Shown here: positions 1 through 11,508 of the stretch, piece by piece
How positions within the stretch are numbered: the first letter of the stretch is position 1
Layout of the letters: each line of letters starts with the position of its first letter
NCBI RefSeq assembly: GCF_003334765.1
Contig: NZ_QOWT01000001.1
Reading direction: 5' to 3' (one strand)
Source of the DNA: Escherichia coli
Lineage (GTDB): Bacteria; Pseudomonadota; Gammaproteobacteria; Enterobacterales; Enterobacteriaceae
DNA length: 64,000 nt
Program-made: the position numbers and the translations under genes
Notes under the pieces: generated by a model
The model's database searches: none
Told to the model about the DNA's origin: nothing
Seen by the model: only the letters and a program-made list of their open reading frames with translations

Positions 1-577
1 CGAGAATGGCTTTCATCGAAGGAATGCGTGGCACGTTAATATCGGAGGTGACGCAGAGCACGGCTGGAACAGAGAGTTCAATAACTTCAACATCATCTTC
101 AAGCGTGCGTTCAATCACCAGTGTATTGCCCTGACGCTGAATAGCACTCACTGCATTAATCACCGGAAGTTGCAGAATTTCTCCGACCAGCAAGCCAACC
201 TGCTGGGCATAAAGGTCGCCGGAACCTTCACCAAAGATCAGTAAATCGAAGCCGATCTTTTCAATTGCTGCCGCCAGCGCTTTTGCGGTATCGAGAGGCA
301 GTGCATGTTCAAGTTGCGCATCCTGCACCAAATACAGGCTGTGCGGCCCGCGGGATAGCACGTCTTTGCGCACTTTCGAGTTCTGCAACAATGAGCCGCC
401 AACGGTCAGCGCGGCTATCTCATCGTCATCTGTTGCGAGCTGGCTTGCAGCTTCAATGGCATTGAGATCGAACTGGCTGATTTTGGCGTCGGCATTGTCG
501 AAATTCAGGGTGTATTCTGGAGTGACAACAATGTCCTGTTCTTCAGGCACCAGCTTAAAGCAGGTTATTATTTTCAT
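1..577 (-). CDS. ydiQ: Electron-transfer flavoprotein beta-subunit-like protein, N-terminal part only (gene runs off the window start)
   Basis: Minus-strand ATG at 575-577 with an AGGAG RBS just upstream; my translation gives [22 protein letters not shown]..., an EtfB-like N-terminus. Not in the ORF track because it is truncated. Confidence 0.8.
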   Translation of the reverse strand, partial: MKIITCFKLVPEEQDIVVTPEYTLNFDNADAKISQFDLNAIEAASQLATDDDEIAALTVGGSLLQNSKVRKDVLSRGPHSLYLVQDAQLEHALPLDTAKALAAAIEKIGFDLLIFGEGSGDLYAQQVGLLVGEILQLPVINAVSAIQRQGNTLVIERTLEDDVEVIELSVPAVLCVTSDINVPRIPSMKAIL

Positions 578-892
578 GATTTCTCCTGTGAGTCGCATAC
601 GGAACCATCTCCGATGGAAGGTAAAAATGGCCTGAAAATAGTGTGCGATAGCGGTGCGGGGTTTTCGACGGAGCAAGCTGTTTTCCTTGCCAACAATCTT
701 GCAAAAAAAATGCGATCGCTAAAACAAAAGTGCAATTTGCGGCAATATAGTTATTCCATGACCGTACAATCTTGCATTCAGTGTAAATAATCTTGTTTAG
801 CTCTCGCTAAACGCGGTTGTATAACCGCAATACACGCCGTATTTTATCCGGCATATATTGTTTTTGCTTGCTCATGGAATAGGGAGGTTGTC

Positions 893-1804
893 ATGTATCA
901 ACGCTGTTTTGATAACGCCAGTGAAACGCTGTTTGTCGCCGGTAAAACGCCACGGCTTTCACGTTTTGCATTTAGCGATGATCCAAAATGGGAGTCCGGA
1001 CATCACGTTCATGACAATGAAACCGAGTTGATTTACGTCAAGAAAGGGGTTGCAAGGTTTACCATCGATTCTTCGTTATATGTCGCACATGCGGATGACA
1101 TTGTGGTGATAGAACGCGGCAGGCTGCATGCGGTGGCCTCTGACGTTAACGATCCGGCAACGACGTGTACCTGTGCGCTGTACGGCTTTCAGTTTCAGGG
1201 GGCTGAGGAAAATCAGCTACTGCAACCGCATTCTTGTCCGGTAATTGCCGCGGGGCAGGGAAAAGAAGTCATAAAAACCTTATTTAATGAGCTAAGTGTG
1301 ATTTTGCCGCAAAGTAAAAATAGCCAAACATCTTCGTTATGGGATGCATTTGCCTATACGTTAGCCATTCTTTACTACGAAAATTTTAAAAATGCTTATC
1401 GTTCGGAGCAGGGGTATATTAAAAAAGATGTTCTGATAAAAGATATTCTTTTCTATCTGAATAATAATTATCGCGAAAAAATCACTTTAGAACAGTTATC
1501 GAAAAAATTTCGTGCCAGCGTCAGTTATATTTGCCATGAATTTACCAAAGAGTATCGTATTTCCCCTATTAACTATGTTATTCAACGGCGTATGACGGAA
1601 GCAAAATGGTCACTCACTAATACTGAATTATCACAGGCAGAGATCTCCTGGCGTGTGGGTTATGAAAATGTCGATCACTTTGCCAAACTGTTTTTGCGCC
1701 ATGTCGGTTGTTCGCCCAGCGATTACCGTAGACAATTTAAAAACTGTTTTGCGGAACAAGAAATCCTATCTGAATTTCCTCAACCGGTAAGTCTTGTTGG
1801 ATAA
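893..1804 (+). CDS. ydiP: AraC/XylS-family transcriptional regulator
   Basis: 303-aa ORF with a C-terminal AraC-type HTH region (…ISWRVGYENVDHFAKLFLRHVGCSPSDYRRQ); GGGAGG RBS before the ATG. Confidence 0.85.
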   Translation: MYQRCFDNASETLFVAGKTPRLSRFAFSDDPKWESGHHVHDNETELIYVKKGVARFTIDSSLYVAHADDIVVIERGRLHAVASDVNDPATTCTCALYGFQFQGAEENQLLQPHSCPVIAAGQGKEVIKTLFNELSVILPQSKNSQTSSLWDAFAYTLAILYYENFKNAYRSEQGYIKKDVLIKDILFYLNNNYREKITLEQLSKKFRASVSYICHEFTKEYRISPINYVIQRRMTEAKWSLTNTELSQAEISWRVGYENVDHFAKLFLRHVGCSPSDYRRQFKNCFAEQEILSEFPQPVSLVG

Positions 1805-1846
1805 ATCTGGCGGCGCAGTTTGTTAAGAAGCTGCGCCGCCTGCAGA

Positions 1847-2998
1847 TTATTTGTTCTGATAGTCTTTCAGGATCTGCCGACCTGCTACGTAAATCATAAT
1901 TTCGTCTGTACCGCCGCCGATACGTTCACAACGGACATCACGCCAGAAGCGGGAGACGCGCGCCTCATCGGTATAGCCCAGACCGCCCATGATTTGAATC
2001 GCATCATCAATGACTTCCATTGCGGTACGTGCACAGTACAGTTTTGCCAGCGCCGCGCTGGTGCGCAGTGACTGATGCTGATCGGCTTGCCATGCCACTT
2101 TCAGCACCATGTTGCGCATGTTGTCGATCTTAATCGCCATCAGCGCCAGTTTTTCCTGGATCATCTGGTTATGACCAATGGGCTTACCAAAAGCGATACG
2201 TTGGTTGGCATAGCGGGCGGCATCTTCAAAGGCGCATTCGGCAAAGCCGGTGCTGCGCGCGGCGTTGATCAGGCGCTCCATCTCAAAGTTGTACATCACA
2301 TTGAGGAAACCCATTCCTTCTTCGCCCACCATGTCGCTCTCTTCAACCTCCACGTTGTCGAGATAGACTTCGCAGGTGCTGAGCATATGCCAGCCGATTT
2401 TATGCAGCGGGTTAATCTTAATGCCGGGCTTACTGGAGTCGACCCACCACAGGGTGAAGGCTTTTTTGGGATCTTTCGGTTGCGGATCGCGCGCCAGCAC
2501 CAGCATATACGGGTACTCTTTCGCACCGGTAATAAAGGTTTTTTGTCCGTTGATGTAGACCTTGCCGTTTTTACGCGTGTAAGTGGTAGTGGCACTGTTG
2601 TTATCTGAGCCAGCACCTGGTTCCGTCAACGCCAGGGCATAGGCGGGATCACCCGTTTCCAGGGTGCTCTCTGCCGTTTTACGTAGCTGCTCTGCAGAAC
2701 CGAAACGGCGCATACTGTGAATACATTGACCGTTGGTAATTAAAAATGCCGGAGCACCGCATTTTGACACTTCCATCAGCGCCAGCATTTGGGTGACGTA
2801 ATCCGCAGGGATACCACCAAATTCTTCCGGCACGCCAAGCATGGAAATACCGTTATCCGCCAGCGCCCGCATAAACTCACGCGGATATGTCCCGTTTTGA
2901 TCGCAGGTGCGGAAATACTCTTCCGGAAAGTTAGTCGTAATCAGTTCGCGAATACTGGCCAGCAGCAGTTCTTGTTCTTCAGTTAAAGAAAAATCCAT
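1847..2998 (-). CDS. ydiO: Acyl-CoA dehydrogenase family protein
   Basis: ORF track gives 401 aa; the likely true start is the internal MDFSLTEEQELL… Met (383 aa). Acyl-CoA dehydrogenase-like sequence throughout. Confidence 0.85.
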   Translation of the reverse strand: MDFSLTEEQELLLASIRELITTNFPEEYFRTCDQNGTYPREFMRALADNGISMLGVPEEFGGIPADYVTQMLALMEVSKCGAPAFLITNGQCIHSMRRFGSAEQLRKTAESTLETGDPAYALALTEPGAGSDNNSATTTYTRKNGKVYINGQKTFITGAKEYPYMLVLARDPQPKDPKKAFTLWWVDSSKPGIKINPLHKIGWHMLSTCEVYLDNVEVEESDMVGEEGMGFLNVMYNFEMERLINAARSTGFAECAFEDAARYANQRIAFGKPIGHNQMIQEKLALMAIKIDNMRNMVLKVAWQADQHQSLRTSAALAKLYCARTAMEVIDDAIQIMGGLGYTDEARVSRFWRDVRCERIGGGTDEIMIYVAGRQILKDYQNK

Positions 2999-3011
2999 CA
3001 TTATACTCCTG

Positions 3012-4607
3012 TTAATGAGCCGCTTCAGGCAGGACAAAACCCATCGCCGCATCGATAAATAATCTTTCGTCCATCAGTTTGAGTTCTGGCGAAATCACTG
3101 GGGTGAAATCCATTTTGTCGAGAATATCTTTTTGTAAATCGACGCCAGGGGCGATTTCGATTAAATGCAGGCCGTCTTCTTTCAGCGTGAATACTGCGCG
3201 CTCAGTGATATAACGAACATCCAGCCCTCGCTCGAGAGCGATTTTTCCGCTGAAAGTAATTTCCGGTAGTTCCCGAATAAATTTCTTCACCCGTCCTTCC
3301 TGGACGATATTTAATTTGCCGTCGGTAATTTCTGTTTTTAAACTGCCCGCAGTTAATGTGCCGCAGAAAATGATTTTCTTCGAAGTGGCACTGATATCAA
3401 TAAATCCACCGGTGCCCATGATTTTACCATTGAATTTATGCACGCCGACGTTACCGTGCTGGTCGACTTCAGCAAAACTCAAATAACAAACATCCAGACC
3501 GCCACCGTGATAAAAATCAAACTGGGACGTCATATCCAGAATGGCACGGGTATTCACGTTCGCGCCAAAGGCGATCCCCTGTGAAGTAATTCCGCCAATC
3601 GGACCTGTTTCTACCGTCAGAATAAAGTCATCAGCACAACCTTCTTCTCGGGCGACCAGGCCAATGCCGTCAGCAATACCGACGCCGACATTCCCCACCG
3701 CGCCTTTACGCATTTCGAATAATGCGCGCCGCGCAACTAATTTACGTTGGTTTAGGGGCAGGCTAAGTTTGGTACTGTCATCAAGGGTGAAGTCACCAGA
3801 AATAAAGCGGTTAACCGGTGCACCGCCATACAGTTGGGTTTGATCCGGATCGACCACCACAATATCCACCAGATAACCCGGAATACGGACAGATTTAGGA
3901 TGCAGCGTGGCTTTCTTAACCATTTTCTGCACCTGCATCATCACAATACCGCCGTTATTGTGCACCGCCTGGGCAATAACCAATGCGTCGAGATACATCA
4001 CCTCATCTTCAAAAGTGGCGTAGCCTTCACTGTCGCAGGTGGTAGCGCGAATGAAGGCAATATCTGGCGCAATCGCTTTGTAATAGAGATATTCTTTGTT
4101 ATCAAACTCGACCAGTTTAATCAGGTCTTCTTTAGTGACTTCATTCAGTTTGCCGCCTTGCTGGCGTGGATCGACAAATGTCCCGATGCCAATATCACTA
4201 ATAATACCAGGCTGGTGGGCTGCGGCGGCGCGTAAGGTTTGTGTAAGTACACCTTGTGGGTAGTTATAAGCAATAATTTTATTTTGTTCTGCGAGTTCAG
4301 AAATACGCGGCGATTGTCCCCAGTGACCACATAATGCCCATTTCACCAGACCTTCTTGCGCCAGAGGACTAATACCACGGTCGGCGCGATCGCCAAGCCC
4401 TGTTGGACTAATAATCGATAAATTACGTGGTGTTTGAGTCTGTTTATATTTATCAGCAAGAGCAGTAATTAACGTGGTGGCTTCCAGAATACCGCCTCCA
4501 GCGCCTAACACACAAAGTGTTGCTTCGTCGGGAATATAATTCACCGCTTCCTGTGCCGACAGGACCGGCACTCGTCCATTAATACGAGGTGGTTTTACAG
4601 GTTTCAT
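3012..4607 (-). CDS. ydiF: Family I CoA-transferase (acetate/short-chain acyl-CoA transferase, fused alpha/beta)
   Basis: 531-aa ORF that I recognise as E. coli YdiF; immediately upstream of ydiO on the same strand. Confidence 0.85.
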   Translation of the reverse strand: MKPVKPPRINGRVPVLSAQEAVNYIPDEATLCVLGAGGGILEATTLITALADKYKQTQTPRNLSIISPTGLGDRADRGISPLAQEGLVKWALCGHWGQSPRISELAEQNKIIAYNYPQGVLTQTLRAAAAHQPGIISDIGIGTFVDPRQQGGKLNEVTKEDLIKLVEFDNKEYLYYKAIAPDIAFIRATTCDSEGYATFEDEVMYLDALVIAQAVHNNGGIVMMQVQKMVKKATLHPKSVRIPGYLVDIVVVDPDQTQLYGGAPVNRFISGDFTLDDSTKLSLPLNQRKLVARRALFEMRKGAVGNVGVGIADGIGLVAREEGCADDFILTVETGPIGGITSQGIAFGANVNTRAILDMTSQFDFYHGGGLDVCYLSFAEVDQHGNVGVHKFNGKIMGTGGFIDISATSKKIIFCGTLTAGSLKTEITDGKLNIVQEGRVKKFIRELPEITFSGKIALERGLDVRYITERAVFTLKEDGLHLIEIAPGVDLQKDILDKMDFTPVISPELKLMDERLFIDAAMGFVLPEAAH

Positions 4608-4749
4608 TGTTAATTCCTGATTCAGATGTGATTTTCCCTACGCCAAATGGAGAATTAGCGCACAGAGACTCACGAAATATTTTTATTAAATACGATTGAA
4701 TATATTTTTTAGTTCGGCGGGGAGGGTGTTCCCGCCGAAATATTATTGC

Positions 4750-5508
4750 TTATGCCTGGTGTAAAATAGTTAATACCGTGCGCAAATCATTTACCGAGAT
4801 TTGCCCTGGCGCAGACGCTTTTTTTACCGCACCAAAAGTTGCCGCCGAGCCAAATACTTCACCAGCCAGACGAGAAATTACGCCAGTTTTTGCCATCGAC
4901 ATCGTGATAATTGGACGATCGGCATACTGCTCCTGCATCTCCAGGGTCGCGGCAAGCAACGTCAGCACATCGCTGGTACTTTGCGGCATCAGCGCAATCT
5001 TAGGAATATCGGCGTCGAAGGATTGCATTTTGCGCAGACGGGCAATGATTTCTTCGGCTTCCGGCGTTTTATGGAAGTCATGGTTGGACATGACTACTTT
5101 CACATCATGCGCGTGGGCGTAGGCGACGGTTTCTTTAACCTGATCATCACCGGTAAATAACTCCAGATCGATCATATCAACCAGGCCGCTGTCGATGGCT
5201 GCACGATTGAGTGCAATATAAGCCTCGGTGGAAATCGCCTGCTCGCCGCCTTCTTTGGCACTGCGGAAGGTAAACAGCAGCGGTTTTTCTGGCATGGTCT
5301 CACGGAGAATTTTTGCTGCCGCCATGACAGACTCCACATTGGAGAGGTCGGCATAGTGGTCCACACGCCATTCCAGAATATCAAAGTCCGCTTCACGATA
5401 GGCGAGAGCTTCGGATTTCACGCTGGCGATATCTTTCGCCATCAGCGAGACGATGATTTTAGGTGCGCCCGTACCAATGACGAGATCTTTTACAGTTACG
5501 GTTTTCAT
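4750..5508 (-). CDS. aroD: 3-dehydroquinate dehydratase, type I
   Basis: 252-aa ORF ([30 protein letters not shown]…) matching AroD. Confidence 0.92.
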   Translation of the reverse strand: MKTVTVKDLVIGTGAPKIIVSLMAKDIASVKSEALAYREADFDILEWRVDHYADLSNVESVMAAAKILRETMPEKPLLFTFRSAKEGGEQAISTEAYIALNRAAIDSGLVDMIDLELFTGDDQVKETVAYAHAHDVKVVMSNHDFHKTPEAEEIIARLRKMQSFDADIPKIALMPQSTSDVLTLLAATLEMQEQYADRPIITMSMAKTGVISRLAGEVFGSAATFGAVKKASAPGQISVNDLRTVLTILHQA

Positions 5509-5538
5509 TTTTTACCCTTTCTGCACGCGGTCAGCCTG

Positions 5539-6405
5539 TCAGGCACCGAACCCCATGACCTGTTTAACATATTCCAGAGGGAAATCTTTGCCAGTCCATA
5601 ATGTGAACTGTTCAGCCCCTTGCCACAACAACATGCCGTATCCATCAATCGTTTTGCAACCAGCTTGTTGCGCCTGCTGCAATAACTTCGTCATATGCGG
5701 GTTATACACGCATTCAGTGACCAGAAGTCCCGGATGTAACAGACTGATATCATTAACCAATGATTCATTCTCAAGGGGTTTCATACCCACTTTTGTGCCA
5801 TTGGTTAAAATGTCGGCGGAAGCCAGGGCTTCAGCAAAGGCTTGCTGATCGGCGAGATCGGTGACCGTGACGACACAATCGGTGTTTTCATTAACCCGCT
5901 GCGCGAAGGCGAGGGCTTTATCGAAGAACTCATCCCGACGGTTAAAGAGTTTAATTTCTTTTAAACCTTCAATTGCCCCCTGCGCGCCAATTGCCGTTGA
6001 GGCACCACCGGCCCCTAACAGCACCATCGTTTTGCCTTTGATATCAAAACCGCTCTCTTTAATGGCGCGAATATGGCCCGTGCCGTCGGTGTTATAGCCA
6101 CGCAGATAGCCATCATCATTAACGATGGTGTTGATGGCCCCCACCAGTTTGGCAGCTGGTGTTAATTCATCAACATATTCACACGCCAGTTGTTTGTTCG
6201 GCATCGATACACCAGTTCCGCGCATTTTGAGGGCTTTTAATCCTTCAATTGCTCCAGGAAAGCTATCGTTATCCACTTCGAAGGCCATATAGGTAAATGG
6301 CAATCCCGCTTTTTCTAAGGCTTTATTCTGCATTTCGGGCGATAAACTGTGGCGGATAGGATAGGCCATCAACCCAATCAATTCGTATTTTGCGGTAACA
6401 TCCAT
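5539..6405 (-). CDS. ydiB: Quinate/shikimate 5-dehydrogenase, NAD(P)-dependent
   Basis: 288-aa ORF ([31 protein letters not shown]…), an AroE paralogue, directly upstream of aroD. Confidence 0.9.
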
Positions 6406-6416
6406 AATTAACTCCT

Positions 6417-7682
6417 TTAACCTCTATGCTTAATTGTGTTTAACCGGGTGCAAAATTTACGCTCGCCAAACCGCACATCATTTTCAGGAATAATGAAAAC
6501 GCGGTAATAGCGGATAAAAACAATAATTGCGGTAATCAGGGCCAGCAGCGCGAAAGTAAAATCGAGAACAATGATATATTGCAGGCCGATGTTCGACAGA
6601 TAACCGGTAATCAGTGGAATAACAAAGTTAGCCAGTCCACCCATCATCATATAAATACTGGTGACTTTGGCTTTGCTTTTGGGAAAAAACTCTGACATGA
6701 CCGAAACGCCGAGCTGTAAAATGCCGCCAGCTGCTGAGAAACCGATAACAAAGGCTCCGGCATTGCACACCAGTGGAGAAGGGTACAGGTAGATAATGGC
6801 TGCTGTTATTGTTGCCAGTGCAGAGTTAAATACATTAGCCCAGATGGGCCGGACCATTTTTTTCAGTAGTGCGGCAAAAATAAAGACACAGACCAACGAG
6901 CCCATACTGTAATAAGAGATGGTTTTTAATGCCTCAGCTTCTGACATACCAGCAAAAGCCATCGCATATTTGGGCATCCACACCACAATCACATAAAAGG
7001 TCGAGAATGCGGCTACACCGAACAGTACCGATGAAACACCTTCCAGCCAGACTAACGGTTTGCTGTTCATTTGCGGTAATTCATTAGTTACGCTGGCGTC
7101 CACCAACTGGCTGGGGAATTTGCTTTTCAACAGCATCAGCGTGATCAGTACAAATAGAATACCCGGAATAATCAGCCCATAGCCGTACCAGATATTATTG
7201 AGCAACATATAGCTCACCAGCATTGGGTAGAACATTTGCCCAAATGACACCATCGCTTTAACCAGTATGACCGCCGAACCAGAGGCTTTCGGAAAGCATT
7301 CCATGAGCGCGGGGTAGCCACCCGTATCCAGCGCTGAGTTAGCGATACCTACGCACACTGCCAGACCGTAGGCGAGAGTTAAATTCGGGCAAGCGGGAAT
7401 ACCAAAGAAGAATAGCAGATACATTATTACTGCCATTAATATCACCGCCCGACGACCAAACTTATCGGAGATCACACCGAAGAATAAAATACTGATCAAT
7501 CGCCCCAAACCGATACCGGAAATTAAGTAGGCAATGCCCGCGTTGTCAGTGGAAAACTTTTCCGCCAGAGATGACATATTTTGGGCAAGCGTAATAACAC
7601 TAATGCCGTGCAGGAAGTAGCTGAAGTAAATACAAAGAACAGCCAGGATAAATGGCGTGCTGAAAGCCTTATTTTGAGACAT
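6417..7682 (-). CDS. ydiN: MFS transporter
   Basis: Polytopic membrane ORF. The track start at 7688 is a GTG; an ATG at 7680-7682 gives MSQNKAF… (421 aa), which I take as the start. Confidence 0.8.
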
Positions 7683-7908
7683 TTTCACAGCTCCTTGCTG
7701 AAAGATAATTTCGTTACCGTACGTATTGTTCTCCGACGGTTTACATAATTACTATACTGAAGATGATTTTCCCTGGGTACATGGCATAAAGTTTATGTTT
7801 CCAGGAATATTGCATGTCATAGTTTGTTTTTGATCGCGATTTTCCTTAGTTAGCGCAGAAAGAGTTATTTATCCGTAAGATCTTGCATGACCTGAAAAGA
7901 ATATTGCA

Positions 7909-9123
7909 TTACCCACCCGGAGCGACATTTTCCTTTAGCGAGTGATGCCGCGTTTTTTTGCGGCTGCGTAAGCCGATAAACAGTGCCAGTAAAAAACCGA
8001 TGGCAGCGATGGCGGTATCGAACCACATAATATCGGCAATACTTCTTTGGGACAGATGAGCCGTAATCAACGGAATAGTAAAGGTCGCAATACTGCCCGC
8101 ACTGTAATAGATCCCTGTAGCTTTACCTTTAGCGTAAGGGAAACGTTCAGCCATTAACGTCAGGCCAATTTGCACAACACCTCCAGCAGAGGTAAAACCA
8201 ATGACAAAAGCAAATATTATCACCACATAAAATGTGGGATGCAGGCAGACGGTAAACAGAGCAATAAATGAGATAAAGGTGTACAGCATCAGTAATGTTG
8301 TTGGGCGAACGGTATTACGAATGAGTGGAGCGGTAATAAATACACAAAGCAGCGAACCCACGGTGTAGATACTGAGTAGTTTGATCGACATAGTGTATGA
8401 CATGCCTGCAACAAATTGTCCGTACTGTGCCAGCCACTGGCTAACCAGATAAAACGTTGCCATTGAGATATAGCCATATAAGGTATAACTGGCTAAATCG
8501 ATAATTGAACAGCGATGTTCCGTAGAGCTGGTGGTTTTCTTTATGACAGGTAAGCGACGACCCGGATGGGGTGGGAACGTACAACGGTATAAAAACAGAG
8601 CGTTAATAAACATAATGCCTGCAGCAATCATAAAGGACCAACCGAACCACAGTTCAGCCCACACTAACAGGCTAATGATTAGCGGTAATAAAAATTGTCC
8701 GCTGGAAACAAATGCTTTAATTAAAATATTGGCTGTCCCAGGTGAGCGTGGAAAAGCTTCCATCAAACTGGGATAAGTGCCTGCATCGAGAAAACTGTTT
8801 GCCATTCCCGCCAGAAAGCCAAAAACATAAGCGATAATGATGTTATTGGTCTGCAGGATGCCAAAAAAGAAGGCCATATAGCAGCACATCCCGAGCATGA
8901 TAAAAGGGCGGCGACCAAAGCGATCGGATAATAATCCTGCAAAAAGCAAGACACTTAATCGACCAATGCCCAGCGATGAGATAACTATCGAGACACCCGC
9001 GGCATTAGTCTGCCAAAGTGTCTCCAGCGAGGCCATATTCAGGCTCATCAAAAGGACGCCCATACCATGCACCAGGTAATTAAAATACAACCCAAGTGCG
9101 GTAGGGAAATAGGGATTTTTCAT
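7909..9123 (-). CDS. ydiM: MFS transporter
   Basis: 404-aa hydrophobic ORF, paralogous to ydiN. Confidence 0.8.
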   Translation of the reverse strand: MKNPYFPTALGLYFNYLVHGMGVLLMSLNMASLETLWQTNAAGVSIVISSLGIGRLSVLLFAGLLSDRFGRRPFIMLGMCCYMAFFFGILQTNNIIIAYVFGFLAGMANSFLDAGTYPSLMEAFPRSPGTANILIKAFVSSGQFLLPLIISLLVWAELWFGWSFMIAAGIMFINALFLYRCTFPPHPGRRLPVIKKTTSSTEHRCSIIDLASYTLYGYISMATFYLVSQWLAQYGQFVAGMSYTMSIKLLSIYTVGSLLCVFITAPLIRNTVRPTTLLMLYTFISFIALFTVCLHPTFYVVIIFAFVIGFTSAGGVVQIGLTLMAERFPYAKGKATGIYYSAGSIATFTIPLITAHLSQRSIADIMWFDTAIAAIGFLLALFIGLRSRKKTRHHSLKENVAPGG

Positions 9124-9222
9124 AGGTTCTACTTAGCAAAGGTGCTTTAAAAAGTGAAGCGATGTTGTGTCAGCATCCGTTCATTATTGTTGTAACAACG
9201 ACAATTCCTTTCTGTGGAAAAA

Positions 9223-9579
9223 TTAACAAAGCCGCTCCAGATCGTGTGCATATAATTCAGCAGCTACCGATTGATAGATCTTCCAGTCAATAAAATTGCC
9301 ATCAGGGTAGACTCGTTGAAATGCGGTTAAGTCGGGGAAAAAACGCATGGTGTTGTTGCCGATGCGGTTATTTATTTTCTCTATGATGGCATGAAGATGT
9401 TTTTTTCTTTGCTGACGCATAGCCAACAGTTGCTCGACTACACGATCAGGAATGGCACACTTGCCATTTTCCCACTGACGCCAGCTTTCACTGTCACCGG
9501 TCTGGGCAATCCAGGTCGCGCATTCATCAATAGTCATGGCAAAAATATGGCGGAGTGCCTGGAGTTCATAAGCGTTCAT
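9223..9579 (-). CDS. ydiL: Small protein of unknown function
   Basis: 127-aa ORF in the track; the internal Met giving MNAYELQALRHIF… (118 aa) is the likely start. Confidence 0.7.
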   Translation of the reverse strand: MNAYELQALRHIFAMTIDECATWIAQTGDSESWRQWENGKCAIPDRVVEQLLAMRQQRKKHLHAIIEKINNRIGNNTMRFFPDLTAFQRVYPDGNFIDWKIYQSVAAELYAHDLERLC

Positions 9580-9717
9580 CGTGTAATGGCTGCATGAAAT
9601 AAACAATAAAATATAAATAACATTATCAGCCTGCTGACGGCTTGAAGAGAGTCACAGTATCTTGTGCAACATTATTGGAAAGAGTGAGGGGCGAGGTAGC
9701 GAAGCGGAAAAATGTTA

Positions 9718-9822
9718 AAAAAAAGCCCATCGTGGGAGATGGGCAAAGACTACACACAGCAATTCGTTGTTTCACTCAGGGGATTTCCATGCTTATAAAT
9801 CAATATGTTGATTTATAACCGT
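9718..9822 (-). ncRNA. rprA: RprA small regulatory RNA (Hfq-dependent activator of rpoS translation)
   Basis: Plus strand reads AAAAAAAAGCCCATCGTGGGAGATGGGCAAAGACTACACACAGCAATTCGTTGTTTCACTCAGGGGATTTCCATGCTTATAAATCAATATGTTGATTTATAACCGT, the reverse complement of the RprA sequence as I remember it, including the terminator hairpin and U-tail. Confidence 0.8.
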
Positions 9823-10007
9823 GAGCTAATAGTAGGCATACGGACTTTTTGCGTCGATCAGATTCGTCTCATTAGTTTAAAAACTGTAAAGAATTTGCGA
9901 CAGGTACTACCAGCTGAATGGCGGTAAGCAGGAAAATATGGGGAAGAGCAAGCAAATATCAATTAGCGGTGGTTAACAATCAGGCGGCAGAGCCGCCTGA
10001 TGAGAAA

Positions 10008-11120
10008 TTACTTATTCGGTTTCTCGATTTCGCCAAGTTCTTCGAGAATTTCTTCCGGTTGGTCCGTCGGCGGCGGGACTTCTTCCACCCACGCGGCAAA
10101 CAGACGCCAGGAAACGGCTAACAGAACCGGACCAATAAACAGACCGATCATCCCGAAAGCAATCAAACCACCAATAACGCCAGAGAGAATCAGGATCAGC
10201 GGTAAATCGGCACCCATGCGAATTAACATTGGGCGGATGACGTTATCCAGCGTGCCAACCACACCGCTCCACACTAACAATACCGTTCCCCAGGTGGTAT
10301 CGCCAGTCCAGTAGAGCCAGATAATCGCCGGAATCAGTACCGGCAACGGGCCAAGCTGGACAAGGCAGGAGAGGATCATTAACACCGTTAGCAACGTTGC
10401 ATAAGGTACGCCGGATACGGCGAGGCCGATACCGCCAAGCACTGCCTGTACTAACGCCGTCACCACCACACCCAGCGCCACCGCGCGGATAGCCTGTGCC
10501 GCCAGCAGCACGGCGGCATCTCCGCGAACGCCTGCCAGACGGGTTGCAAAATGGCGAATGCCTTGTGCCACCTGTTCACCGCGCCAGTACAGCAGGGCAC
10601 TGAAGAGAAGCATCAGCGCACAATGCACCATAAAGCGCCCGATATGCGCCGCCTGCCCAACGAACCAGGTGGTGGTGGTGCCAATATAAGGGCGGACTTT
10701 CGCCATGATCGCCGTCCCCCCCATATCCAGCAAGTTGTGCCAGCCTGCATACAGCTTCGCGCCAATCACCGGAATGGTATTAAGCCACGCCAGATCGGGT
10801 AACGTCATGTCACCGCTGGAAATGGCTTTAATTAGCGGGCCGCTGCCGTCGACGATACTGTTAACCAGCAAAGCAATAGGGATGATAAACACCATCACTA
10901 ATAACAGCGTCATCACCAGAACGGCGAGAGAGCGGCGGCCAAACATGATCTTTTGCAAACGTAACAATACCGGCCAGGTGGCGATAACCACCGTACCGGC
11001 CCATGCAAAGCCGAGAATAAAGGGTTGAACAATCCACAGACATGCCACAATCATGATGGCTAAAAACAGCACCGAAAGCAGAATTTGTGCGACATCCCTG
11101 GGCTGACGAACATTTACCAT
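10008..11120 (-). CDS. ydiK: AI-2E/UPF0118-family membrane transporter
   Basis: 370-aa polytopic membrane ORF. Confidence 0.8.
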   Translation of the reverse strand: MVNVRQPRDVAQILLSVLFLAIMIVACLWIVQPFILGFAWAGTVVIATWPVLLRLQKIMFGRRSLAVLVMTLLLVMVFIIPIALLVNSIVDGSGPLIKAISSGDMTLPDLAWLNTIPVIGAKLYAGWHNLLDMGGTAIMAKVRPYIGTTTTWFVGQAAHIGRFMVHCALMLLFSALLYWRGEQVAQGIRHFATRLAGVRGDAAVLLAAQAIRAVALGVVVTALVQAVLGGIGLAVSGVPYATLLTVLMILSCLVQLGPLPVLIPAIIWLYWTGDTTWGTVLLVWSGVVGTLDNVIRPMLIRMGADLPLILILSGVIGGLIAFGMIGLFIGPVLLAVSWRLFAAWVEEVPPPTDQPEEILEELGEIEKPNK

Positions 11121-11508
11121 AACTACTTTTCACCTTTTTTGTGCGTCAAATCGTCGACGCGACGTGAACACGCGAAACTCACCTGCATAATGATGAGCAA
11201 TTTCAGCGGTTTTTAACAGGCCGATTCTGCCCTTAATTCTGATGGGCGTGTTAGAAAAAAATGTGGTACAACAACTCAGGCAACACGCAAACGATTTACT
11301 CGTCGTATTTCAAGTTGCATGTGCTGCGGCTACGTTCGTTCACCCCAGTCACTTACTATTGTAAGCTCCTGGAGTTCACTCGCTTGCCGCCTTCCTGCAA
11401 CACGAAATCCATAGAGTAAACAAACATCACCTTTCAGTGCGCTATTGCAGCAGCCTGAAAGAATAGTGTATCGACCTACATCACAGACCGCAGGAAAGGG
11501 TCAATATA

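Noticed and set aside
2075-2608. 177-aa plus-strand ORF and other 60-130-aa ORFs within ydiO/ydiF
   Set aside because: All are embedded antisense or out-of-frame in long, recognisable coding regions; none has an RBS or conserved-looking sequence.
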